A DNA stretch of 36,270 nucleotides from Akkermansiaceae bacterium (GTDB lineage Bacteria > Verrucomicrobiota > Verrucomicrobiia > Verrucomicrobiales > Akkermansiaceae): NCBI GenBank assembly GCA_029287105.1, contig JARFRT010000374.1, positions 1 to 36,270 of the forward strand, written 5' to 3'. Position numbers and translations under genes: made by a program. The notes under the pieces are model-generated. The model did no database searches. It saw only the letters and a program-made list of their open reading frames with translations, and was not told where the DNA came from. Shown piece after piece: positions 9,629-17,527 of the stretch (positions within the stretch are counted from its first letter, which is position 1; every line of letters begins with the position of its first letter).

Positions 9629-10210
9629 ATGAGACCACTCACCACTTTTGCCGCCTGTGCCACCATTCTCTCCTTCTGCGCCTGTAAGGAAAAAGGTGAA
9701 ATCCAGCATTTCCAAGTCAAAAAATCCACTCCGCCAACTACCCAACAAACTCCGGATACCAACACCAATTCCAATACCAATTCCAATACCCAACCGCAAC
9801 AAAACAACCCCTACTCCTGGACATTGCCCGATGGATGGTCCGCCCAACCCGCCAGCGGCATGCGACTCGCCACCGTCCTAATCCCAACTGCCTCAGGCAC
9901 ACTCAACGCATCAATCACTGAGTTCGGCGGCGACCTCGCAGGCAACGTCAACCGCTGGCGTGGCCAGATCGGCCTCCCCCAACTGCCCGAAAAGGACGTC
10001 CTCGCCAACCTCGAGAAAGTGGACACAGCAATAGGCCAAGGCTATATCGCCATCCTCACCAACCCGTCCTCCCCTGAAAATGCCATGCTCGCCGCCATCA
10101 TCCCCCGCCCGTCCGGCACCTCGGTCTTTGTCAAGGTCACGGGCCCAGCCGACACCTTAAAATCCATTGCCACCCCATTCCGCCAATTCACGCAATCCCT
10201 CAAGCAATGA
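9629..10210 (+). CDS. Predicted lipoprotein of unknown function, translationally coupled to ccsB
   Basis: Lipobox-like ILSFCAC, N/T-rich linker, and globular motifs WTLPDGW, GMRLA, NVNRWRGQIGL, FVKVTGP. The stop overlaps the next ATG (ATGA at 10207-10210). Confidence 0.8.
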   Translation: MRPLTTFAACATILSFCACKEKGEIQHFQVKKSTPPTTQQTPDTNTNSNTNSNTQPQQNNPYSWTLPDGWSAQPASGMRLATVLIPTASGTLNASITEFGGDLAGNVNRWRGQIGLPQLPEKDVLANLEKVDTAIGQGYIAILTNPSSPENAMLAAIIPRPSGTSVFVKVTGPADTLKSIATPFRQFTQSLKQ

Positions 10211-11355
10211 AGCTGATCACCTCCACCCTACGGCCACTCGCATCCGCAGCCATCTTCTACTACGCCACACTGTGGCTCGTGGTACTCGTCACCGTCGGAA
10301 CCATCTCCCAAAAATATTTCGGCCTCCAGTCCAGCCTCGAAAAGTACTTTTCCGCCTGGCTGATCCAACCCATGGATATGCCGCTGTGGCTCCCCTCAGG
10401 CCGCCTCACCATGACCATCATCCTGGTCTGCCTGATTGCGAAACTGATCGTCGCCACCAAGTGGAAAACCCAATGGATCGGCACCAACATCACCCACATC
10501 GGCGTGCTCCTCCTCATGTCCGGGGGGGTCATCACCGCCTACACCACCACCGAAGGAAACATCGCCATCCAAGAGGGAAAAGAAGCGTCAACCTTCCAGG
10601 ACTTCCACAAACTGGAACTGGCCGTCACCGACCGCTCCCACGCCAATCACGATGACGTCACCACCTTCTCCGACGGTTTTTTCACTCGTGACGAAACATT
10701 CTCCGATGATGGCAAAATCCCACTCAAGTTCAGAGTCGTCCACTTCTACAAGAATTGCAAAATCGTCACCCGCCCCGCAGCCGCAATAACATCACAGCAC
10801 AAGGGACAAGCCGGCAAAATCCAGCTCGAGGAACTCCCACCCGATAATGACGACCGCAACCTCGCAGGTATCGAACTGGAAATCTCAAACGCCACCGAAT
10901 CAGAAAACGGCTACTACCTCTTCCTCAATCACCCGCAATGGGTTCCCACCACCATCACAGGGAGCGACGGCAAAAGCTACGACGTCACCCTGCGCAACCG
11001 CCACTACCAACTCCCGTTCAGCATTTATTTGAAAGACTTTGAAAAACTCGATCATGCAGGAACCATGATGGCGAGATCCTTCAGCTCGAAAGTCACCGTC
11101 ACCGAAGGAAAATCCAGCGAGGATATCAAAATCTATATGAACCACCCCCTCAGACGCGGCGGCTACACTCTCTACCAATCATCCTTCGACCAGTCCAACC
11201 CGTCAGGAATTGAAACCAGCGTCTTCCAGGTCGTCCACAACAAAGGCCGGCTGATGCCCTACATCGCGATCGTCGTGATCACCCTGGGCCTACTCATCCA
11301 CGTCTTCATGCAAGTCCCCCGGTTGCTCGCTAAAGCTAAAAACAAAACCAACTAG
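10207..11355 (+). CDS. ccsB: Cytochrome c biogenesis System II protein CcsB/ResB
   Basis: Three N-terminal TM helices with the TM His (ITHIG), a periplasmic domain with LPFSIYLKDF, SFSSKV, IYMNHPL..GYTLYQSSF, and a C-terminal TM helix. Confidence 0.85.
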   Translation: MKLITSTLRPLASAAIFYYATLWLVVLVTVGTISQKYFGLQSSLEKYFSAWLIQPMDMPLWLPSGRLTMTIILVCLIAKLIVATKWKTQWIGTNITHIGVLLLMSGGVITAYTTTEGNIAIQEGKEASTFQDFHKLELAVTDRSHANHDDVTTFSDGFFTRDETFSDDGKIPLKFRVVHFYKNCKIVTRPAAAITSQHKGQAGKIQLEELPPDNDDRNLAGIELEISNATESENGYYLFLNHPQWVPTTITGSDGKSYDVTLRNRHYQLPFSIYLKDFEKLDHAGTMMARSFSSKVTVTEGKSSEDIKIYMNHPLRRGGYTLYQSSFDQSNPSGIETSVFQVVHNKGRLMPYIAIVVITLGLLIHVFMQVPRLLAKAKNKTN

Positions 11356-11412
11356 CAAACCAACTAGCAGAATCACCCCTCTTCGGTCGGCACCCACCAC
11401 AACAACAATCCT

Positions 11413-13335
11413 ATGCCCCGTATCCTCATCATCCTCGGCTTGCTCATCCCGTGCCTCGCCACCGCACAAACCCAAGCCGACCCCCGTAGCCCCCAAGCAG
11501 AGACGCGCAACCTGTCACCGGACGCGGGGGAAATCCTCGCCCCACTGGCCGTGCAAAATGAAGGCAGAACCAAACCACTCGACTCCTTCGCCAGATTCAA
11601 CCTGCTCGCATGTTACCATCAATCAAAGATCGGAAAAATCAGCGCCGCCGACTGGTTAGCCCAACTCCTGCTCGACCCCAATACCGCCTACGAGGTCAAA
11701 TGCTTCCGCATCCGCAATGAGGACCTGCTCGCCGATCTCGGCCTCCCCAAACGCGACGACGGCAAGCATGTCTACAGCTTCAACGAACTGCGCAAGGTCA
11801 TCGACGACCAACGCTCGCGCGTGCAAGCCGTCAGCGCACGTGACAAAGACGAGCGCACCCTCATCGAATCGCAGCTACTCAAACTCTATAGCACCGTGCA
11901 TGGCTATTTTTCAATCAGCAGATCATTCACCTGCCTGACTCCTGAAATTGTCATCGATAACGCACAGCTCGCCCAAGAACTCAAGCTGCCTCACGGCAAA
12001 CCGTTCAGCTTCTTTCAACTCCACCAACGGAGGAACACACTCAGGCCCCTCGTCGAAAAACTACACGCCCACTATGACGGCGCAAACCCCTATCACCAAG
12101 CCGTTTTACAACTCGGAACCCAACTCAGGGATATGCAACAACGCGAGAGCCACTTCGCATCGCTGACAATCATCCCCCCCGCAGATGACCCCATCCTCAA
12201 AACCTGGCTGACTCCATGGCAGGTCCTCGACGGTGAACACCATGCCACCGAGCACGAAATCAAGGCGATGACCGAACTCGAAGCCGCCATTACCGCCCTC
12301 ATCCATGGCGATAGCACCACAGCCACACAACACATCACCACCCTCCAGTCGGTTTCATCAGACAAAGTGAACGCGCTCGCCAAAGCCGAGCTCTCCTACA
12401 ACCGTCTGGACGCTTTCACCAACAGCCTCGCCTTCTACCTCTTTGGCTTTCTTCTGCTCTGCCTGAGTTGGCTCTTTGCCGGCAAACAACTCCGCTGGGC
12501 GAGCTGGAGCGTCATCCTCATCGGCTTGCTCTTGCATACCGCCGGCATCATCCTCCGCATGTACATCCGCGGCAGACCCGCGCCTGTCACCAACATCTAC
12601 GAGTCCGTCATCTTTGTCGGCTTCACCTGTGTCTTACTCGGACTCATCATCGAGTTCCGCCGACGCGACGGCTTGGGACTGATCATCGCAGTCATCCCAG
12701 GGGCCATCCTTCACTTCGTCGGATTCAAATACGCCGCGGAGGGCGACACCATGGGACGCCTCGTCGCCGTCCTGGACTCTAACTTCTGGCTCTCCACTCA
12801 CGTAGTCACCATCACCATCGGTTACGGCGCAGCCTCCATCGCAGGGCTCATCGCGATGAGCTATCTCTATGTGCGGTTGTTCAACCCCAACAATAAAACC
12901 CTCCTGCAAAGCATCTCAAAAAACTTCATCGGTGTAACCCTGTTAGCCCTCCTGTTCTGCATCGTCGGCACCATCCTCGGCGGCATCTGGGGCGACCAAT
13001 CATGGGGCCGCTTCTGGGGCTGGGACCCCAAGGAAAACGGCGCCCTGCTAATCTGCCTCTGGCTCCTCATCGTCCTCCATGGAAAGTGGGGGAAACAACT
13101 CAAGGAACTGGGGATTGCCACCATGCTCTCCCTCACCAGCATCACCGTCCTCCTCGCCTGGTTCGGCGTCAACCTGCTCGGCGTCGGCCTCCATAACTAC
13201 GGATTCACCGAGGGCGCCGCCCGCAACCTCGCCATCGCCTGCGGCTCAATCTTCCTGCTCACCGTCATCCCTTCCGTCATCATCTTCATCCGAGACGCCG
13301 CCCAAGCAAAAACAAAAGCCCAAGCAAAAACATAA
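11413..13335 (+). CDS. ccsA: Cytochrome c biogenesis System II protein CcsA/ResC with a large N-terminal exported domain
   Basis: WWD motif WGDQSWGRFWGWDPKE, His motifs WLSTHV, VLHG and GLHNYG, PVTNIYES. Signal peptide plus GRTKPLDSFAR domain at the N-terminus. Confidence 0.92.
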   Translation: MPRILIILGLLIPCLATAQTQADPRSPQAETRNLSPDAGEILAPLAVQNEGRTKPLDSFARFNLLACYHQSKIGKISAADWLAQLLLDPNTAYEVKCFRIRNEDLLADLGLPKRDDGKHVYSFNELRKVIDDQRSRVQAVSARDKDERTLIESQLLKLYSTVHGYFSISRSFTCLTPEIVIDNAQLAQELKLPHGKPFSFFQLHQRRNTLRPLVEKLHAHYDGANPYHQAVLQLGTQLRDMQQRESHFASLTIIPPADDPILKTWLTPWQVLDGEHHATEHEIKAMTELEAAITALIHGDSTTATQHITTLQSVSSDKVNALAKAELSYNRLDAFTNSLAFYLFGFLLLCLSWLFAGKQLRWASWSVILIGLLLHTAGIILRMYIRGRPAPVTNIYESVIFVGFTCVLLGLIIEFRRRDGLGLIIAVIPGAILHFVGFKYAAEGDTMGRLVAVLDSNFWLSTHVVTITIGYGAASIAGLIAMSYLYVRLFNPNNKTLLQSISKNFIGVTLLALLFCIVGTILGGIWGDQSWGRFWGWDPKENGALLICLWLLIVLHGKWGKQLKELGIATMLSLTSITVLLAWFGVNLLGVGLHNYGFTEGAARNLAIACGSIFLLTVIPSVIIFIRDAAQAKTKAQAKT

Positions 13336-13380
13336 GCAAAGGATTCCACCTCTCCCCGCCACCCCAGTGGCTCACACCCG

Positions 13381-13415
13381 CTATTCCCTAATTCCCATTC
13401 CCCAATTCCAATTTC
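13381..13415 (+). repeat. Degenerate 7-bp tandem array before the hemE start
   Basis: CTATTCC CTAATTC CCATTCC CCAATTC CAATTTC, then C ATG. Confidence 0.6.
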
Positions 13416-13416
13416 C

Positions 13417-14439
13417 ATGACATCCAAAGAACGCTTCCTCGCCTCCGTCCGCCGACAACCCACCGACCGCACCCCGGTCTGGGTCATGCGCCAAGCCGGC
13501 CGATATCTTCCTGAATACCGCGCGCTCAAGGAAAAATACAGTTTCACCGAAATGGTCAAGTCACCCGAACTTGCCACCGAAGTCACCCTCCAACCGCTCC
13601 AACGCTTCCCTCTCGACGCCGCCATCATCTTCTCCGATATCCTCATCATCCCCGAGGCCCTCGGGCAACCTTATCACTTCAAGGACGGTGGCGGTATCGC
13701 CATGGATTACCTGCTCGATTCCATGGAGAAAATCGACGCCCTCGACACATCCCGTATCGAGGAAAAACTCGCCTACCTGCCCGCCGCACTGCGGATGACA
13801 CGCAACGAAATTGGCGACGAAAAAGCCCTGCTCGGATTCGGCGGATCCCCGTGGACTCTCGCCGCCTACATGACCGAAGGCGGGTCACTCAAAGACCTCT
13901 CCGCACTCAAGTCGCTCTACTACTCGGAACCCGCGACCTTCGAAAAACTCATGGGCAAAATCACCTCCGCCGTGATCGACCTCTTTAAAATGAAAATCGC
14001 CGCCGGTGTCGATGCCCTCCAAATCTTCGACTCCGCGGGCGCCTTCTGCCCGTCCGCCCACTACCACGACATGTCGCTGAAGTGGATCAAACAAATCATC
14101 GACTCGCTGCCTGCCGACTTCCCCGTCATTATCTTTGCCAAAGGCATGGCCCACCAACGCGACGCCCTTGTCAACACCGGTGCCAGCGTGCTCAGTATCG
14201 ACTGGACCATCGACCTCCCGAGCTACTATGACACCCTCCCGGATCACGTCGCCGTCCAAGGCAACCTCGACCCCCTCATTCTCAGTTCCAGCGCCGATGT
14301 CGTCCGCACCGAAACCACCCGCCTGCTCGATGCCATGCAGGGCCGCCACGGCCATATTCTCAACCTCGGCCACGGCATCCTTCCCTCCGCCAAACCCGAA
14401 AACATGCAAGTCCTCTGCGAGACGATTGCAAACTTCTAA
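13417..14439 (+). CDS. hemE: Uroporphyrinogen decarboxylase
   Basis: PVWVMRQAGRYLPEY, AAIIFSDIL, GFGGSPWTLAAY, QGNLDP, NLGHGI. Confidence 0.96.
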   Translation: MTSKERFLASVRRQPTDRTPVWVMRQAGRYLPEYRALKEKYSFTEMVKSPELATEVTLQPLQRFPLDAAIIFSDILIIPEALGQPYHFKDGGGIAMDYLLDSMEKIDALDTSRIEEKLAYLPAALRMTRNEIGDEKALLGFGGSPWTLAAYMTEGGSLKDLSALKSLYYSEPATFEKLMGKITSAVIDLFKMKIAAGVDALQIFDSAGAFCPSAHYHDMSLKWIKQIIDSLPADFPVIIFAKGMAHQRDALVNTGASVLSIDWTIDLPSYYDTLPDHVAVQGNLDPLILSSSADVVRTETTRLLDAMQGRHGHILNLGHGILPSAKPENMQVLCETIANF

Positions 14440-14458
14440 ACTCCAAGCGCACGCCCCT

Positions 14459-14486
14459 GGTATTTAGAACTTAAAACTTAAAACAT
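14459..14486 (+). repeat. Degenerate 7-bp tandem array before the hemN start
   Basis: GGTATTT AGAACTT AAAACTT AAAACAT, then C ATG. Confidence 0.7.
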
Positions 14487-14487
14487 C

Positions 14488-15843
14488 ATGCTCATCCCCG
14501 ACCTCAACCTCATCCGGAAGTACAACCAGCCAGGCCCTCGCTATACCTCCTACCCCACTGCACCCCATTTCAGCGAGGATACGGATCATGCCATTCTCGC
14601 ATCCCAGACCGAGTCCGAGGACAGCGACCTCTCACTCTACTTCCACATCCCCTTCTGCCGGTCGCTCTGCTGGTTCTGCGGCTGCACCAAAATCATCACC
14701 ACCCAACAGGATAAGGCTGACCACTACCTCGACCTCATGGAGAAGGAAATCGAGCTGTTCCTGCCACGTATCAAACCCGGACGCAAAGTCAAACAACTCC
14801 ACTTCGGCGGCGGCACACCCAACTACCTCACCCCCGCACAAATCGACCGGTTCTCCGCATTCATCCACAACCACTTCGAATTCCACCCCGACGCCGAACT
14901 CTCGACCGAACTAGACCCGCGCACCCTTACCGAACAACATATCGCATCCTTTCGCAATATGGGTATCAACCGCGCTTCCATGGGCGTGCAGGACGTCAAA
15001 ATCGAGGTCCAGGAGGCCGTCCACCGTATCCAGTCCGACGAATGCAACCGCAACGCACTAAAATGGCTGCGCGATGCCGGTATCGACTCCTGTAACCTCG
15101 ATCTGATCTACGGGCTACCCAAACAGACTCCCGAATCGTTCGAAAAAACCCTGCACCACATCCTCGACTACGCGCCAGACCGCCTCGCCGTCTTTTCCTA
15201 CGCCCACGTGCCGTGGATTATGCCCGCCCAAAAAATCCTCGAGGAAAAGGATCTTCCCGGGCCGGAGTCCAAACTCAAGATGCTGGAAAAAATCATCACC
15301 ATCCTCACCGACAACGGCTACCACTATGTCGGTATGGACCACTTCGCCCGCCATGACGACGAACTGGCCGTCGCCCAGAAAAATAAAACCCTGCAACGCA
15401 ACTTCCAAGGTTACTCCACCCACGGCGGCGTCGAAATCTGCGCCTTCGGCATGTCATCCATTTCCCAGACCAGCAGGTCATACCGACAAAACTTCAAGGA
15501 CATCACCGATTACGGCCAGGCCGTCACAGCCGGCAATTATCCGATCGACCGGGGCATCATCCTCACCGATGAAGACGTGCTGCGCCGCGACCTGATCATG
15601 TCAATCATGTGCCAGCTCGAACTCGACTATGCCGCCAAGTCCGCCCAACACGGCATCGACATCAAGTCTCACTTCGCCGACTCGATCGCATCGCTCAAAC
15701 CCATGGAAGATGATGGTCTGTTGGAATTCAACGCCGATTCCCTCCAAGTCACGAATCAAGGCCGACTCTTCATCCGCAACATTGCCATGGCCTTTGACGA
15801 ACACCTCAGCTCCGGTAAAGCAAAGTTCTCAAAAACCGTCTGA
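14488..15843 (+). CDS. hemN: Oxygen-independent coproporphyrinogen III oxidase
   Basis: GPRYTSYPTA, HIPFCRSLCWFCGC, GGGTP, YAHVPW, GMDHFA, RNFQGY, FSKTV C-terminus. Confidence 0.96.
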   Translation: MLIPDLNLIRKYNQPGPRYTSYPTAPHFSEDTDHAILASQTESEDSDLSLYFHIPFCRSLCWFCGCTKIITTQQDKADHYLDLMEKEIELFLPRIKPGRKVKQLHFGGGTPNYLTPAQIDRFSAFIHNHFEFHPDAELSTELDPRTLTEQHIASFRNMGINRASMGVQDVKIEVQEAVHRIQSDECNRNALKWLRDAGIDSCNLDLIYGLPKQTPESFEKTLHHILDYAPDRLAVFSYAHVPWIMPAQKILEEKDLPGPESKLKMLEKIITILTDNGYHYVGMDHFARHDDELAVAQKNKTLQRNFQGYSTHGGVEICAFGMSSISQTSRSYRQNFKDITDYGQAVTAGNYPIDRGIILTDEDVLRRDLIMSIMCQLELDYAAKSAQHGIDIKSHFADSIASLKPMEDDGLLEFNADSLQVTNQGRLFIRNIAMAFDEHLSSGKAKFSKTV

Positions 15844-15852
15844 TTCGGCGTT

Positions 15853-15929
15853 GGCCTGCCCGTCTGCTTGCCGGGATGACGACGCTACGCATGGGATTCA
15901 TCGGCCGGCACCGCTGAAACGGCAGGGCC
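15853..15929. other. Long imperfect GC-rich hairpin filling the hemN / transposase convergent gap
   Basis: GGCC/GGCC and CTGCC/GGCAG outer arms; TGCCGG(15869-74) pairs with CCGGCA(15905-10); GATGA(15875-79) pairs with TCATC(15898-902). Confidence 0.5.
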
Positions 15930-17042
15930 TCACCCCTCCGGCCCAGGGTTTGCGCTACCTCTTCCCCGCAAAGAGTACAGCCTCGCCCCACTCTTACCGG
16001 CGTCATCCTTTGCCTGCCATTTCAAAGGTTTGGCTCTCGGCCCCCGCTGTGGCCCGAACTTGCTCCGGCATCTTCGGTAGTGCCCCTCCACAAAATCCAG
16101 AGTACCCAGGATGTAACCGGCTGTCAGGTAATCCACCTGCTTGCGTAGCCTCACGTGCAGTGGCAACTCCCCACCCCGGGCAAGTTCAGCCTCTACCTTC
16201 TCTGGGGAAATCCCCTTGCGTGCCTTCACCTGATAAGCCTTGTTTTCCTTCACTTCCACGCCATCGCCCATTAACCAGCAGCGGTACCAAGACCCGTTCT
16301 CCGGCCAACTGTCCAACGGCTTCCCCATCACCCAACACAACCCGCGCCGCGCACGCCTGCTGCCCCCCACCGCCTCGCCATAGCCACACCAGCGGTAATC
16401 CATTGGGTCTTCCACAAGCCCAGCCCTGACAGGATTCAGGTCGATATAAGCCGCCATCGTCCGCAGCGCCTCCCCATCCTCCACCAGCACACTCTTGAAG
16501 CGGTCCATCCACAGTGTCCCGCGCCGACCCTGCTTCTTGTTATACCAGCGGCTGAATCGCTCCTTCACCTCCTTCACAAAAAGGCTCAGGTCACAGAAAC
16601 GTTTTTTATATTTTCCCAAAAACTCCTCCACATCCCCGTCCATGCCCCGCTCGCGCATCCACGCGATTTCCTTCCTCACCCGCCCCACATAAGCCTTGCT
16701 ATACAGAACCGACAAATGACCCAGCAATCGCTCCTCACCCGCCCCAGGGGCCTCCCCCTCTCGGTCCTCAAACCGCCGCAGGAACGCCCCACGGCAAGGC
16801 ACCCGTGTCAGAACATGGAAATGATTATCCATTACGCAATACGTCAGCACCTTCATCCCGCAAAACCGCGCCATCCGCTGCATAATGATCCGGAAAGCCT
16901 CTTTTTCCTCGTCCCCGAACAAGGATTCCCCGCCACACGTCCGACTCATCACATGATAGCAATAATCATCCTCCTCCCCTCCTAGCACCCGACACCGACC
17001 ACCCGACCACGAGCGATAAATCCGCCCCGACGAACCCGCCAT
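15930..17042 (-). CDS. REP-associated tyrosine transposase-like HUH/Y1 nuclease (IS200/TnpA superfamily)
   Basis: YHVMSR, YCVMDNHFHVL (HUH), GTLWMDRFKS, catalytic YIDLNPVRAG, DYRWCGY. Start is uncertain (ATG 17042 preferred; the frame is open to 17141). Confidence 0.88.
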   Translation of the reverse strand: MAGSSGRIYRSWSGGRCRVLGGEEDDYCYHVMSRTCGGESLFGDEEKEAFRIIMQRMARFCGMKVLTYCVMDNHFHVLTRVPCRGAFLRRFEDREGEAPGAGEERLLGHLSVLYSKAYVGRVRKEIAWMRERGMDGDVEEFLGKYKKRFCDLSLFVKEVKERFSRWYNKKQGRRGTLWMDRFKSVLVEDGEALRTMAAYIDLNPVRAGLVEDPMDYRWCGYGEAVGGSRRARRGLCWVMGKPLDSWPENGSWYRCWLMGDGVEVKENKAYQVKARKGISPEKVEAELARGGELPLHVRLRKQVDYLTAGYILGTLDFVEGHYRRCRSKFGPQRGPRAKPLKWQAKDDAGKSGARLYSLRGRGSANPGPEG

Positions 17043-17240
17043 ATGCCCGGTCTTACACCCAGCCCTCTCGAGATCCGTCAACTCGCGTCCTTCCTTGTTT
17101 CCAAGCGTCTTCATGCGCGTATAATGACATCCTTCCAGCATAAATCAATTCTTAATGCCTGGCATTTAGTTTTTGTTACAAAAATCGCATACATAATAGA
17201 ATCGGCGGACCGGTGGCGGGGTTCGGGCTGGGAATGGGGC

Positions 17241-17456
17241 CTATCTTAGGATCAACCAGAGAAACAAGAGGAGGAAACCCAGAGCCAGTATGATTACAAA
17301 AGCGTAAATGGCGTATTTCAGTCCATCATTTTCCATTCGGATATGATCGCTGCGTCCATGCATGTGCTGTTCGACTCGGTGTTCGCGAGATGACTCCCTC
17401 TTGACCACTGTTTTCACCTGGCCATCTCTTCCGATCACTTGCTTCTTCCTAGCCAT
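17241..17456 (-). CDS. Small single-pass membrane protein, 71 aa, unknown function
   Basis: ATG start, basic soluble N-terminus, one C-terminal hydrophobic helix; fills the gap downstream of purH. Confidence 0.6.
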   Translation of the reverse strand: MARKKQVIGRDGQVKTVVKRESSREHRVEQHMHGRSDHIRMENDGLKYAIYAFVIILALGFLLLFLWLILR

Positions 17457-17527
17457 GCCGCATCATCCCCCCCTCACCCGTGTGATGGCAAGAAAGAGTT
17501 CCACAAATCAACCGGCACACTCCGGGT

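Noticed and set aside
15629-16429. 266-aa + strand ORF and other long shadow ORFs (e.g. 18266-19237, 19158-20111, 23118-24029, 24446-25567, 27280-28389, 32306-33313)
   Set aside because: They overlap confidently identified genes in other frames or strands and show no recognisable motifs; expected in GC-rich DNA.
17141-17200. AT-rich patch as a possible oriC at the skew switch
   Set aside because: No DnaA boxes (TTATCCACA) seen, the patch is very short and there are no typical origin-linked genes.
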